Translations under genes and position numbers: made by a program
Shown here: one piece after another, positions 39,675-51,691 of the stretch
Numbering within the stretch: position 1 is the stretch's first letter
How the letters are laid out: each line of letters starts with the position of its first letter
Assembly: GCF_001194135.2 (NCBI RefSeq)
Contig: NC_068992.1
Span: forward strand, 20,576,456-20,640,069
Direction of reading: 5' to 3'
From: Octopus bimaculoides
Taxonomy: Eukaryota
Length of the DNA: 63,614 bases
The notes under the pieces: model-generated
Database searches by the model: none
Seen by the model: the letters and a program-made list of their open reading frames with translations, nothing else
Told to the model about the DNA's origin: nothing

Positions 39675-39837
39675 ATAAGGAAATAATTTTATTCTCAAAC
39701 GCAGGATAATGCTGATGATATAGCAAGAACAGGATAAACAATCCATACTTTGCAAAAAAATCTGTCGGCGGTCAGGCATGAGACTGGAATTCATATTCCT
39801 GTTATTACTCATCAAGTGCTTTACCATTATGCTTAAC
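39675..39837 (-). mobile_element. tRNA-like SINE, family D, copy X
   Basis: Reverse complement gttaagcataatggtaaagcacttgatg...ccagtctcatgcctgaccgccgacagatttttttgcaaagtatggat...atcctgcgtttgagaataaaattatttccttat matches 40016-40180. Confidence 0.82.
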
Positions 39838-39907
39838 TACACGAATGATAATTTATTCAACAAATTTTGGATATATAAATGCAGGTTTTATGAGACGCTA
39901 TCGTACG

Positions 39908-40007
39908 TTAAATTCAACTTGCGTTAAAAGTTTACAAATGCTTCTTTAGAAGCGTTGGGATTTATTGAAATATACAGATAAGGAAATAATTTTATTCTCA
40001 AATGCAG
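39908..40007 (-). mobile_element. Family D 3' tail fragment, copy Z
   Basis: ttaaattcaacttgcgtt...tttagaagcgttggg...gataaggaaataattttattctcaaatgcag is the reverse complement of about 40146-40252. Confidence 0.8.
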
Positions 40008-40010
40008 TTC

Positions 40011-40252
40011 GGGCACGTTCACATAATAGTAAAGCACTTGACGCGTAAACCCAGGGATGTGAGTTCGAGTCTCATGGCTGGCTGCCAACAGATTTTTCTG
40101 CAAAATATGGATAGTTCATCCTGTCCATGCTATATTATTAATATTATCCTGCGTTTAAAAATAAAATGATTTCCTTATCTCTAACTTTCTATACATCTCA
40201 ACGCTTCTAAAGCAAACATCGTTTGTTGACTTTCAACGTAAGCTGAATTTAA
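40011..40252 (+). mobile_element. tRNA-like SINE, family D, copy Y (head resembles tRNA-Thr(CGT))
   Basis: A-box-like taatagtaaagc, anticodon-arm-like tgacgcgtaaacc, B box gagttcgagtc, ...gcca at 40083-40086, then a non-tRNA body. Confidence 0.72.
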
Positions 40253-40288
40253 TGAGAGGGGTAACTTCCCTTGGCAAAACAAACATGA

Positions 40289-40416
40289 CACAGTAGTGTG
40301 TCGATAAGCCAGCTGGAGGAGATGTCCTCCTGGGGCTAAAGCAACAGTAACATCCACTCCTAGGGGTCAGCCACACTTAAGTGGCAATACACTTCACTCT
40401 ATCGTGCAGTTACTGT
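40289..40416 (-). repeat. Unclassified interspersed repeat, family C
   Basis: Reverse complement of 4893-5026. Confidence 0.85.
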
Positions 40417-40533
40417 TAATACTTNNNNNNNNNNNNNNNNNNNNNNNNNNNNNNNNNNNNNNNNNNNNNNNNNNNNNNNNNNNNNNNNNNNNNNNNNNNN
40501 NNNNNNNNNNNNNNNNNNNNNNNNNNNNNNNNN

Positions 40534-40588
<55 letters not shown>

Positions 40589-40780
40589 GCATTTATATAT
40601 ATATATGCATGAATCTGTATATATGTAGATAGATAGATAGATAGAGTGTAAGTACAAGTGTATGTAAACATTTGTTTTGGATATCATTAAATTAAAGAAA
40701 TTTAATTTTTACTTAAACCTAATTGATCATTAGTTTATTATATACAACATATAGGATATTAAAAGTAAAGCAAGAATACA

Positions 40781-40876
40781 TTAGTCCTGGGGGTCGATTT
40801 GCTCGACTAAAGTCTGTGCTCCAGCATGGCCGCAGTCAAATGACTGAAACAAATAAAAGAATAAAAGAATAAAGGA
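40781..40876 (+). mobile_element. tRNA-SINE family B, 3' tail fragment
   Basis: gtcctgggggtcgatttgctcgactaaa...gctccagcatggccgcagtcaaatgactgaaacaaataaaagaataaaaga. Confidence 0.9.
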
Positions 40877-43697
40877 ATACATCATGTTTGTAACGACTGT
40901 TTTCACCACATGTCCAGTAACACTTACTGCCTCATAATCACGGCATAATATATTCCCGAACGTATCTTTGAAAACTTTCGGCTCCGAAAGCTATGAAAAT
41001 GTTTGCCTAATTGACTTTTGCTGTAATATATATTGCCCATGGGTGATGTTCTTTCTGTGCCTAAAATATTACTCCCTCACAAAATTTTCAACATGTTAAA
41101 CGGTTAACCAATTAACCATGTCTTATGTGTTTGCATCATTTCCACCAGTTCTATTCGTTGTTGTTTAACTTTCCTTCTCATATCGTGTTGAGCTATATCG
41201 CAATTTCATATATTTCAACGTTCTAGGACAAGACATATTTTTATAAGTAAAGAAAAATATTACGCCTACCAAAACAAAAATAGATTCCTCAAATCCGTTC
41301 ATTTCCCATGCCGTTATTCTTCCGTTCCATTTAAAATTCATGGAAAATACATTCCAAGTGAATGTACCGTTTTATATATATATAACGTCACGTGGTTGAG
41401 CAAAGATTCCCCTGCAGGCTTTATCTTCTCTTGTAACTAGATAATATGTATTCATCGGTTAATTCAAAATATAATATATTTATTTTATTCTATATATAGC
41501 TTTTCACGTAAGCAATGTTTCGATATTGAAACTACACCACAAATATCGAATATGAGCAAACTATTCTGGTTTTATTATTCAAATATTTTTCTTATAACCA
41601 TTCGCCCATGTATTTGAGGATTATTAATTTCGTCCGAAGCTGAATGTTTTAATCAATCATGGAAATATATGTCTCAACTTTTTTTATACTTTTCTTTGTA
41701 TACTCAAGACCTAAGTAAGCAAATTTGCACGTAAGCCACTCAATCGAAATTTACATAAGACACCGCCATTGTTATCTTTATTTTTTACTTGTTTCGGTCA
41801 TTAGACTGTAGCAATGCTGGGGCATCACCTTGAAGAAATTTCGTCGAACATGTCGATCCCACTTCTTAATTTTAAGCATGGAAATTATTCTATGTTTCAG
41901 TTTTCAAGGAATGTTAAGTTACGGGGAGGTAACGCGCCAACTCGTGTGTCAAGCGGTGATGACGAACAGGCAGAGACAAAGAACAAAGACGCATACACAC
42001 ACATACAAATACACGTGTGGACACGCACATACGCACGCACGCTTTCTCACACACACACGCGCTATTATTTTCGAAAATGCTACATTGTATCGTAGAAGTG
42101 AAACACTGATTTCACATACGTGATGAATTAAATTTTTGTAAAGTGTTCCTTAAATACAGCGATTTTTAATGTAAAAAGAGGATATGTTTGTAACATTTTA
42201 TTGTTTGTTGCTGACCTTGTACCAAAATATTGATACTAATAATTTAATGTATGCAAGTAAGTGTTAGGTGTATATATGATTAGTTCATGTTCAGATAATT
42301 TTTGAAAGAAGAGAATCATATCTTACTGCTGTAGAAAGTAAATTTAGTTATATCTGATATATTAACTAATTTATTTACACAGTCGTGGAAATAAAGATTT
42401 CCTGCGTGATTTCACGTAAGATAAAAAGGCCTGGCAATGAAAACTTTCCAAAGCAGACCACAAAGAAATGTAGTAGATGATATAATATATTGCATTTGAA
42501 AGATCAACGATAAAGTTAGAAGGAATGCGTCAGAGAAATATGAGAATGATTAATTATAATATCCGGCAAAATCAAAATCTTAAATATTTTAGCCCGTATT
42601 GCCAAACTCTCTCTCCAAAAGATTCATATGTCACCAACTACTGTTGTGTCATGAAGCGGTGTTCAAAAAGAAGTAAGAATATCAATGCAATTGTGAATAA
42701 GAAACTACTGGTATTTTATAGGATATCATCGAGCTTGGTATATAATGCAGCACATAATCGACTCGGCATTATATTCTACTCTGAAAAGATTATTCTTAAA
42801 ACAGATATAGATATTCCAGGCAGATCTTATAACGCGTGACAAACAATATGATGGTTCAGAAACGATGCGATTAGGAAGACAAACATCAGCATTTGTAAAA
42901 GAATTGAAAGAAAGGTTACAGCCTAAAATATATAAAATTCTAATATATTGAAAACGTCAAATAAATGGAATGGCTATTTGCCAGGTAAATTATAAATTTG
43001 GCAAGAATAACGATATGAAGTGGAATAGAAAAAAGACATCAGAAACGAGCAAAAGCAATACAAAAAAGAAGAAAAAGGTATTTACACGACTGACCAGCAG
43101 GAATTTTGAATCCGACGATGCAGAGAAATTTCATAACCAGACATTTACTGCCAAGATGATAAATTTGTCGCCATATTCAAAATTCGATTTTCAATATCAA
43201 AATTTCCATAAGTTTCTTAAATTTTTTGCCGCAGAGAAGTAAAACAACAAAGCCTTAACCAACGGAGTTTAATGGATTTTGCAGCAGAAATGTACCACAT
43301 AAATATGTCCAGACGGCTGAATGAAATAACAAAAATAATTAGAGAGAGCTCTCGGGTATTTGTTGAGAAGTGAGTGAGAGTTTTAAAGAAAGATTTGCCA
43401 AGACTTCCTCCTTTACAAATTCGAAGTACTGAGCACGTGTTTAAAATGTCCTACAAAAAGGTTTTCTCTATTTCTCTACATTTTGAGTGTACGATATTTC
43501 CAGAATATCACACTGAAATTCTTTATTCCAAATCAGCAATATGCATGTAAATATTTGAAAGAATATATGTATTTTGCAACAATAAAAATCGGGTACACTC
43601 TTTAAGTTATGGTTTAGAAAACATATAAATTCTTTCTGCCCTTAGAAAACGCGCGATATATCTTAAAATATAATATAGAATCGACAACACATTTATC

Positions 43698-43738
<41 letters not shown>

Positions 43739-43757
43739 CATCCATCCATCCATCCAT

Positions 43758-43812
<55 letters not shown>
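43698..43812. repeat. (TATC)n(CATC)n(TA)n compound microsatellite
   Basis: Directly visible. Confidence 0.95.
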
Positions 43813-43822
<10 letters not shown>

Positions 43823-44798
43823 TGTATGATGTACGTGTGTGTGCACGTGTATGCGTGTGTGTGTATGTGTGTGCGTATGCATGTATTCATTACTTGGACA
43901 TGGGATATGATCCGAGGCCATTTATTGAAACAGTAGAAAGATAATAATGACAATTCTCAAATGATATTAATACTTTAGCCTGCTACAGAGGATGCTTAAT
44001 ATAACTTTTCCTTTATTTATTTCCCTTAAAACGTTCTAAATGGATTCGTCATACATTTGCAGAAAGGTCGCTGGCACAATTTCGGTTTGTAACGCTGTTG
44101 AATATTTCCACAAAGAGCGATGCAACTATTTATCACATTACGATAGAACCATTAGAAAAAAAGAGAAAAACACATGTATATTCAGTTTCCTATATATATA
44201 TGTATACTCATATCTATTCATCTCTATCAATATATCTATATATCTCTCGATCTACCGATATGTATATATATATATATATATATANNNNNNNNNNNNNNNN
44301 NNNNNNNNNNNNNNNNNNNNNNNNNNNNNNNNNNNNNNNNNNNNNNNNNNNNNNNNNNNNNNNNNNNNNNNNNNNNNNNNNNNNNNNNNNNNNNNNNNNN
44401 NNNNNNNNNNNNNNNNNNNNNNNNNNNNNNNNNNNNNNNNNNNNNNNNNNNNNNNNNNNNNNNNNNNNNNNNNNNNNNNNNNNNNNNNNNNNNNNNNNNN
44501 NNNNNNNNNNNNNNNNNNNNNNNNNNNNNNNNNNNNNNNNNNNNNNNNNNNNNNNNNNNNNNNNNNNNNNNNNNNNNNNNNNNNNNNNNNNNNNNNNNNN
44601 NNNNNNNNNNNNNNNNNNNNNNNNNNNNNNNNNNNNNNNNNNNNNNNNNNNNNNNNNCTATATAAATTATAAATTATATATATATATAAATTTATATATA
44701 TATATATAGACTATATAAATTATAAATTATATATATATATAAATTTATATATATTTACATATATATACACAATAATAAATCCCTGACCAAGACATAAA

Positions 44799-45025
44799 CA
44801 ATAGCTGCACGACATCGTGAAGTATATTTGCCGCTTAAATGTGACTAAACCTTAAGGTTGATGCTACTGTAGCTTGTAGCCCCAGGAAGACATCTGCTCC
44901 AGCTGGCTATTGACACAAAAAAGTGTGTCAACAGCCAACTGGAGATGTCTTGCTGGCGCTACAAGCTACAGCAGCATCAACCCTTAAGGGTTAGCCATAT
45001 TTAAGTGGCAAATATACTTCACGAT
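44799..45025. repeat. Inverted pair of family C repeats forming a hairpin of about 210 bp
   Basis: Arm 44815-44916 and arm 44924-45024 are reverse complements around an aaaaa spacer. Confidence 0.92.
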
Positions 45026-45169
45026 ATTATTTATATACTTATATCCGTTTGTCTACCAGACTATCTATGTATTTAACTGTTTATATATTCATCATGTGTG
45101 TATGCGTTTTTCTATGTCTGTATGTGAGTGCATGCGAGTGAGAGAGAGAGAGAGAGAGTGTGTGTGTGT

Positions 45170-45375
45170 GTTTGTGGCTGTGTTTGGCTTCCAGCACCAC
45201 TTGATAACCGGTGTTATTTTTCTCCCGTAACCTTGCATTTCGGCGAAAGAATCTCATAGAATAAATAGCAGGCTTTGAAACATCAGTAATGAGGTCGAAG
45301 CATTCGACTAAAAAAATAGATTCAATATAGTATTCCAGCGCTGCCGCATTCAAACGACTGAAACCAGTAAAGGCG
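45170..45375 (+). mobile_element. tRNA-SINE family B, diverged 3' half
   Basis: cttgataaccggtgtt...cccgtaacctt...ttcggcgaaaga...atagaataaata...gaggtcgaagcattcgact...gactgaaaccagtaaa. Confidence 0.75.
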
Positions 45376-45393
45376 ATATGTGTGCGCACATGC

Positions 45394-45395
<2 letters not shown>

Positions 45396-45460
<65 letters not shown>

Positions 45461-45500
45461 GTGGGTGTGTGGGTGTGTATGTGTGCGTGTGTGTGTGTCT
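45396..45500. repeat. (TG)n microsatellite
   Basis: Directly visible. Confidence 0.96.
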
Positions 45501-46634
45501 GTAACACATATTTACACAGAAACTTATTCATATTGTGATGAGGATAATTAAACGAGTTTATGTGAATCATGTGGTATACAGACATGCGCGTGACTACACG
45601 GCTATCTGAAGAGATTATATAAGACATGGAAGTGCTGTCTATTCACTATCTTCATAGAAATAGTTAAACGTATTTATGCTTTCATGCCAGCTTTTATGTA
45701 TAAGGTAATGATGGTTTGCCCTTAAACGCGTACTTGCTTGAGTGGTACGTCTGTGTGTGTGTGCGCTTATGAATGAGAGTGAATAGGCTGAGAGAAAGAG
45801 TGAGAGAGAAAAAGAGAGAGCGAGGGAAAGGGTGACAAGCAAAGCATATCTGTGTATCATCCTAGTAATGTCAGAATTGTTTCCTGTCACATTTATTGTC
45901 AATTTCCAGGCTTCGCTATTTAGTAAGCATCCGTTCTCGTTAGACATAAATACATTTTCCCTAAATTGTCCAGCATTGTGAACAAACCTAAACATTTCAG
46001 GAGAAGGGTCAATTACTTGTTCTCTTATATGATTATCGAGATAATAGATATGCCACAAAACTTTATTATTATCATATATCAAAGTACTGATCAACTCTTT
46101 GGATAATGCTTCGGCTAAATTTTGCTTCAAATAGTCGAGGTGATGGATAGCGATCCATCATTTTATACATAAAAAGATAAGATAGATCTATGTCGTTCTA
46201 ATATTTCTCTTATCTTTTATTTTAGAAAAGAAATCAGTAAATTGGCCATTGGAATTTTATGTGTTCAATCATTGCTGACATTCCTTCCGTGACTTAGCCT
46301 AAGGCTGTTCCTAAAAATACATTCAACTTGATAATGGTGTTCCTTTGAATGCTATTCACTACACAGGTTCCAATAGTGCAGGTAAAATATTTAAAGTAAG
46401 CCTTTCTCTGCAAGTTTATTAGATGTTTCATCCAGGAATTTACTGGTTGAGATATACATATTTAGACATTTTCTGTTTTATTTCTTTTGTGTTTCACTCA
46501 TTGGACTGTGGCTATGCAGTAACACATAGCCTTTAAGTGTATAGACGAACAAATCGACTCCAGTTGTCAAGCGGTGGAGGGCAAACACACATACATGCAT
46601 GCACGTACATGCACACACACACACACGCGCGCTC

Positions 46635-46680
<46 letters not shown>

Positions 46681-47154
46681 ACATATATATATATGTATAT
46701 ATATATATANNNNNNNNNNNNNNNNNNNNNNNNNNNNNNNNNNNNNNNNNNNNNNNNNNNNNNNNNNNNNNNNNNNNNNNNNNNNNNNNNNNNNNNNNNN
46801 NNNNNNNNNNNNNNNNNNNNNNNNNNNNNNNNNNNNNNNNNNNNNNNNNNNNNNNNNNNNNNNNNNNNNNNNNNNNNNNNNNNNNNNNNNNNNNNNNNNN
46901 NNNNNNNNNNNNNNNNNNNNNNNNNNNNNNNNNNNNNNNNNNNNNNNNNNNNNNNNNNNNNNNNNNNNNNNNNNNNNNNNNNNNNNNNNNNNNNNNNNNN
47001 NNNNNNNNNNNNNNNNNNNNNNNNNNNNNNNNNNNNNNNNNNNNNNNNNNNNNNNNNNNNNNNNNNNNNNNNNNNNNNNNNNNNNNNNNNNNNNNNNNNN
47101 NNNNNNNNNNNNNNNNNNNNNNNNNNNNNNNNNNNNNNNNNNNNNNNNNNNNNN

Positions 47155-47217
<63 letters not shown>

Positions 47218-47219
<2 letters not shown>

Positions 47220-47695
47220 GGGTGCGACAGGTAAACTGTCGCTATCTATATTCGTAATTTCGCTCTAGCTCATTGTTTGCTTTTGATTTCGTCAACGACA
47301 CAGTTTGTGAGAGAAAAAAACAGCACCATGACGCCATTCACTGTAGCAGAAGCAGAAATGTGGAAACGATATACTCTATTGCTTGGCATTCATGCCAGAA
47401 GCTCCATTACGAATATTTCAGTGTGTTTGGGTGCCAATCTCCGGACATGTACCGAGAGTGATTACAATCAAACATCCAGCCAACATCATGGTGTTTGGAG
47501 TTATCATTAGTAATGGCGACGTTATGCCTCCATTGATCTATCCACGCGGCCTCACACTCAACATGGAGTGCCTGGAGGAGGTAGTACTGATCTGGGTCGA
47601 GAGTGTGGCTGCTGGAAGACCCTATGTCTGGCAACAGGACTCTGCACCATGCTACACGAGCAGAAGAACCCAGTCATATCTATCAGACAGATGAG
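47218..47695 (+). mobile_element. Internally deleted maT/DD37D-like DNA transposon (left end plus fused transposase segments)
   Basis: TA|cagggtgcg terminus; N-terminal MTPFTVAEAEMWKRYTLLLGIHA... joined directly to VPRVITIKHPANIMVFGVIISNGDVMPP...WVESVAAGRPYVWQQDSAPC; homologous to 36300-37389. Confidence 0.87.
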
Positions 47696-49095
47696 GGAAT
47701 TGAAGCAACGTGAAAGCAGATGCTTTGCTCAAGCGCATATTGCACCGTTCGGAATCGAGCTCATAACATTACAATCGGGAGCCGAATACCGAATAAACTA
47801 ACCGCTAAATCACGCGTGTTCACGGTAAGACGTAACTGCACTGACGAATGTGTTGTTATATGCTTTTGAACGTTAGTATTAGATGTTGATGAAACAAATA
47901 ACATACTAATAGTAGGGATGCCTAGAAGCATGAAAAAAGTTTGTTATGTTGGAGAAGTATTGCAATTAAGTGAACGTCAAAAACTAATTAAAAATAATTA
48001 TGTAGTGAGGGAAGACAATATTAACTCAAAGACTACTCTTACTCAAATCACATTTCGTAGCAGGGATACATCTCCGGGAATATTTCAGCCACAGTAAAAC
48101 TATTAACGAACGCATTGAATGAATCGTACGTGGTGAAATACCGATAATGTAATGAAGAAAAGATCAATATCTGCTGAAGAGATCCTATTACCACAGAAAC
48201 ATATACCAAGTTTTGACCGGAAATAATTCATATAGTATGACTAATGATTCTGTTTTTATCTTTCCTCAACAAGGCCGGTTGCTGTATCTGTAATTGTTAG
48301 ACTTTTGTACTTTCTCAATCTTTTCATATTATAATGTCGCCTACAATAAATGCAACACCACAAAATACCTTCAGGATTTCATTTGATGCAAAATGTTTGA
48401 ATGAATTTCATAGAAAATTGTTTCTGATTCAAACTATATAAAATCATATTGTATAAATACGACTTTCAAGTTATTTTGATCTGTAAATTGATATGCCAGC
48501 TTGTAGTTCAGGAAACAATAATACTAAAGCAACCTAGCAATCACGAACCGCACATACACACACACACATATACACCCACAAACATACATATACACGTGCA
48601 CACACGCATATATATACGTGTGTATTTATGTGACTGTGTGTGTGTATCTGTGTGTGCCTGTGTGTATATATTTATTTACACTCAATATGCAAACTCTGCA
48701 ACAAAGTAATGGTTAGTATATATGCGTGTATATGCATATATATATATATATGTATACATATATATGTCTGTGTATATATACATGAGTGCATGTGTGCGTG
48801 TATGTATGTATGTGTATGTATGTGTATATGTATATATATGTGTATGTATATATATATATATACATATAATTACACTGCGAAATTTATAACTTGATATGTT
48901 TGGTTTATACATAGTTAGATTTATGTCCCATTTGAAATCCACTCCAACTTAAACGAACATACACTTCCAGCAACTGTGAGGAGCAAGCGATATGCATACA
49001 CTCATAAGTTTCCATTTTACGCACATGTTCCCACACATATTTTTAAACATATACACATATAAACAGATACACTTATGCATATATATACTTATCCA

Positions 49096-49527
49096 GGTGC
49101 GCCTGCGTAGTGAAAAGCTTGCTTCCTAATCACATGGTTCTGAGTTTAGTCACACTGCGCGATACTTTCAACAACGGTCTTCTACCAAAGCTACGGGCCG
49201 ACCAAAACCATGCAAGTGGATTTGAAAGACGGAGATTGAAAAAGCTAGTCGTATAGATGCGTGTGTGTGTGCGTTTTTGTGAGCATCAGTGTGTGCCAGT
49301 GTGTGTGAGTATTTGTATCTGTTGTCTGTATGTGTTTGCCATCACAGCTGGGAAACCGGTTTGGTGTGTTTGAGTCCCCTTAACATAGCAACTCCGCAAA
49401 CAGAGACCAATAAAATAAGTACAAGTTTTAAAAGAAGTACTTGTGTCGATTCGTTCGACTAAAATTTTTCAAGAGGGTGGTGCAGCATGGCTGTAATCTA
49501 ATGAATGTAACCAGTAAAAGAACAAAA
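49096..49527 (+). mobile_element. tRNA-derived SINE, family B
   Basis: aagcttgcttcctaatcacatggttctgagtttagtcacactgcg...gggccgaccaaa...gtcgattcgttcgact...cagcatggctg. Confidence 0.88.
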
Positions 49528-49679
49528 GCATAAACGTATATATGTACATANNNNNNNNNNNNNNNNNNNNNNNNNNNNNNNNNNNNNNNNNNNNNNNNNN
49601 NNNNNNNNNNNNNNNNNNNNNNNNNNNNNNNNNNNNNNNNNNNNNNNNNNNNNNNNNNNNNNNNNNNNNNNNNNNNNNN

Positions 49680-49712
<33 letters not shown>

Positions 49713-49732
49713 CGTACATACATACATTCATG

Positions 49733-49777
<45 letters not shown>

Positions 49778-50814
49778 GCGCATTACGAGAATCGAATCGT
49801 CGATTCATACACTCCAGGACACTTACAAATTAATAATCTCATTTGATTTAAGAAAAAATAATCAATAAGGAGTTAACAGTGAACCTTGGTATGTAGCTGA
49901 CTAAATTTTATCTCTAGTGTCACGTATTCCTCTTACTGTAGATATTGCAATCGATTACCTCTAGTAATGTGGCTGATATTCTCCCTCCGTCATCAAGGTA
50001 TATTAAATATAGTAGCGACAATCCAGGATAATCATTTACGGTTCCTTTTTGCAGTATTACTTTGAGTCCACTTCCTTGATACTTTCGAAATATGTAGAAT
50101 ATCATGCAAATCTAACAACGGCGGTGATCAAAAATTTGCTACAATGCGGTAAAAAGTAACACAAGGAAAACAAAATATGTTCGTCTTATCCTTGTGGATG
50201 TCAAGGTAGAACAGGTGATGTATCGAGGTAGGAGGAATTATTCTATGGTTTACAATATGTTGAATAGTTGCCAGAGTCATGGGCCCTTCTTGAACCATGA
50301 AAACTTTACACTCCACTCCCTCTGATTTCCTTTCAAACATACACACAATCATTTGTGTTAGACTACGACATATGTAGCTACAGGCATTTCTTTGTAGCTA
50401 ATATTATTAATGCTATTCCCAGTAGGTTATCCAAAAGTTTGATGTGGTGACACTATTTTGTCTACCGCTTTGGGTGTTGATGATGATGAAGTTGTTGATT
50501 GTGAGAATAAGACTACTATCAGGGTATATAAATTAATTCAATACTAATACGAGTATCATAATTCACTCTCTGTATTATGATTAAATTGACATACGTATAT
50601 AAAGAGGAAGTAAATGTTATTTTCCGGGATCTTCTGCATACACTAAGGTTATATATATTCTTCAGAGGCATTCCTATTTAATAGAAATTAATAAATTGCA
50701 TTCTATCTGGGCAGATATATTTTAAAGATTTTTTAAAGATTTGAAATATGTTAAATGATGAAGCTTTCAGTGATATATACTAGACAACAACGTTTTTAAA
50801 ACGGTAATCAGTTT

Positions 50815-50975
50815 AAATTGTGAGCGAAATTGGCTTCCCAACCACATGGTTCCGAGTTCAGTCCCAGTGCTCGTCTCTTTCGGCAAGTGACTTCAACTAA
50901 AGCTTGGGAACGATCAAAGCCTTGTGAGTGGATTTGGTAGACAGAAATTGAAGGAAGCCCATCGTATATACATGG

Positions 50976-51037
<62 letters not shown>

Positions 51038-51248
51038 ATGCGTGTGCGTGTGTGTTTGTGTCTGAAGAGGTCTCACACTACCGCTTAACAGCCGTTGCTT
51101 TATTTACCTCAGTGTAGACCAAGAGAATGAGTACGAAACTTAAAAACATTTACTGGGGTCGATTCATTCATTCGACTAAAGATTCTTCAAAGCGGTGCCC
51201 CAGCAAGGAAACAGTCTAATGAGTGAAAGAAGTAACGAGATAAAATGA
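50815..51248 (+). mobile_element. tRNA-derived SINE, family B, with long internal (TG)n
   Basis: ggcttcccaaccacatggttccgagttcagtccca...caaagccttgtgagtggatttggtagacag...tactggggtcgattcattcattcgact. Confidence 0.9.
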
Positions 51249-51604
51249 TCCACGAAAATAAGTATGTCTGTGCAAGTTTTTGAGATTCTTTTCCATCATG
51301 GGGTATGTTTGAACTAGCAAAAGTGTTTGTAAAACGGATTATGTGAATATAAAAGTATTTCATTATATATATTTCCCTCTAAGCAAGCATAATAAGTACA
51401 GAAAATTTCATCTTATGTCTATGCCACATTTATGTAGGAGCGTATTTTGTCATTTGTTCATATGCTGAAAAATCTGAATATCTACTTAGCATATATGTGC
51501 CAATTTAAATGGTGTTTTAGTTTGTAACAGCAATGCATATATATATATATATACAAATATATATACACGTGAATATGTACACACACAGAGACACACACAC
51601 ATGT

Positions 51605-51635
<31 letters not shown>

Positions 51636-51658
51636 TATATATATATATNNNNNNNNNN

Positions 51659-51691
<33 letters not shown>

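Noticed and set aside
40289-40416. ctcctccagctgg in family C resembles the HDV ribozyme L3/P3 region
   Set aside because: I could not build P1, P2, P1.1 and P4 around it.
46201-46295. Strong acceptor-like site followed by KEISKLAIGILCVQSLLTFLP*
   Set aside because: No recognisable homologue or supporting upstream exon.
49920-50352. Two adjacent minus-strand ORFs (…LLYLIYLDD…; …FYLDIHKDK..FPCVTF…)
   Set aside because: Fleeting resemblance to RT or Cys-loop receptor motifs is not sustained across frames.
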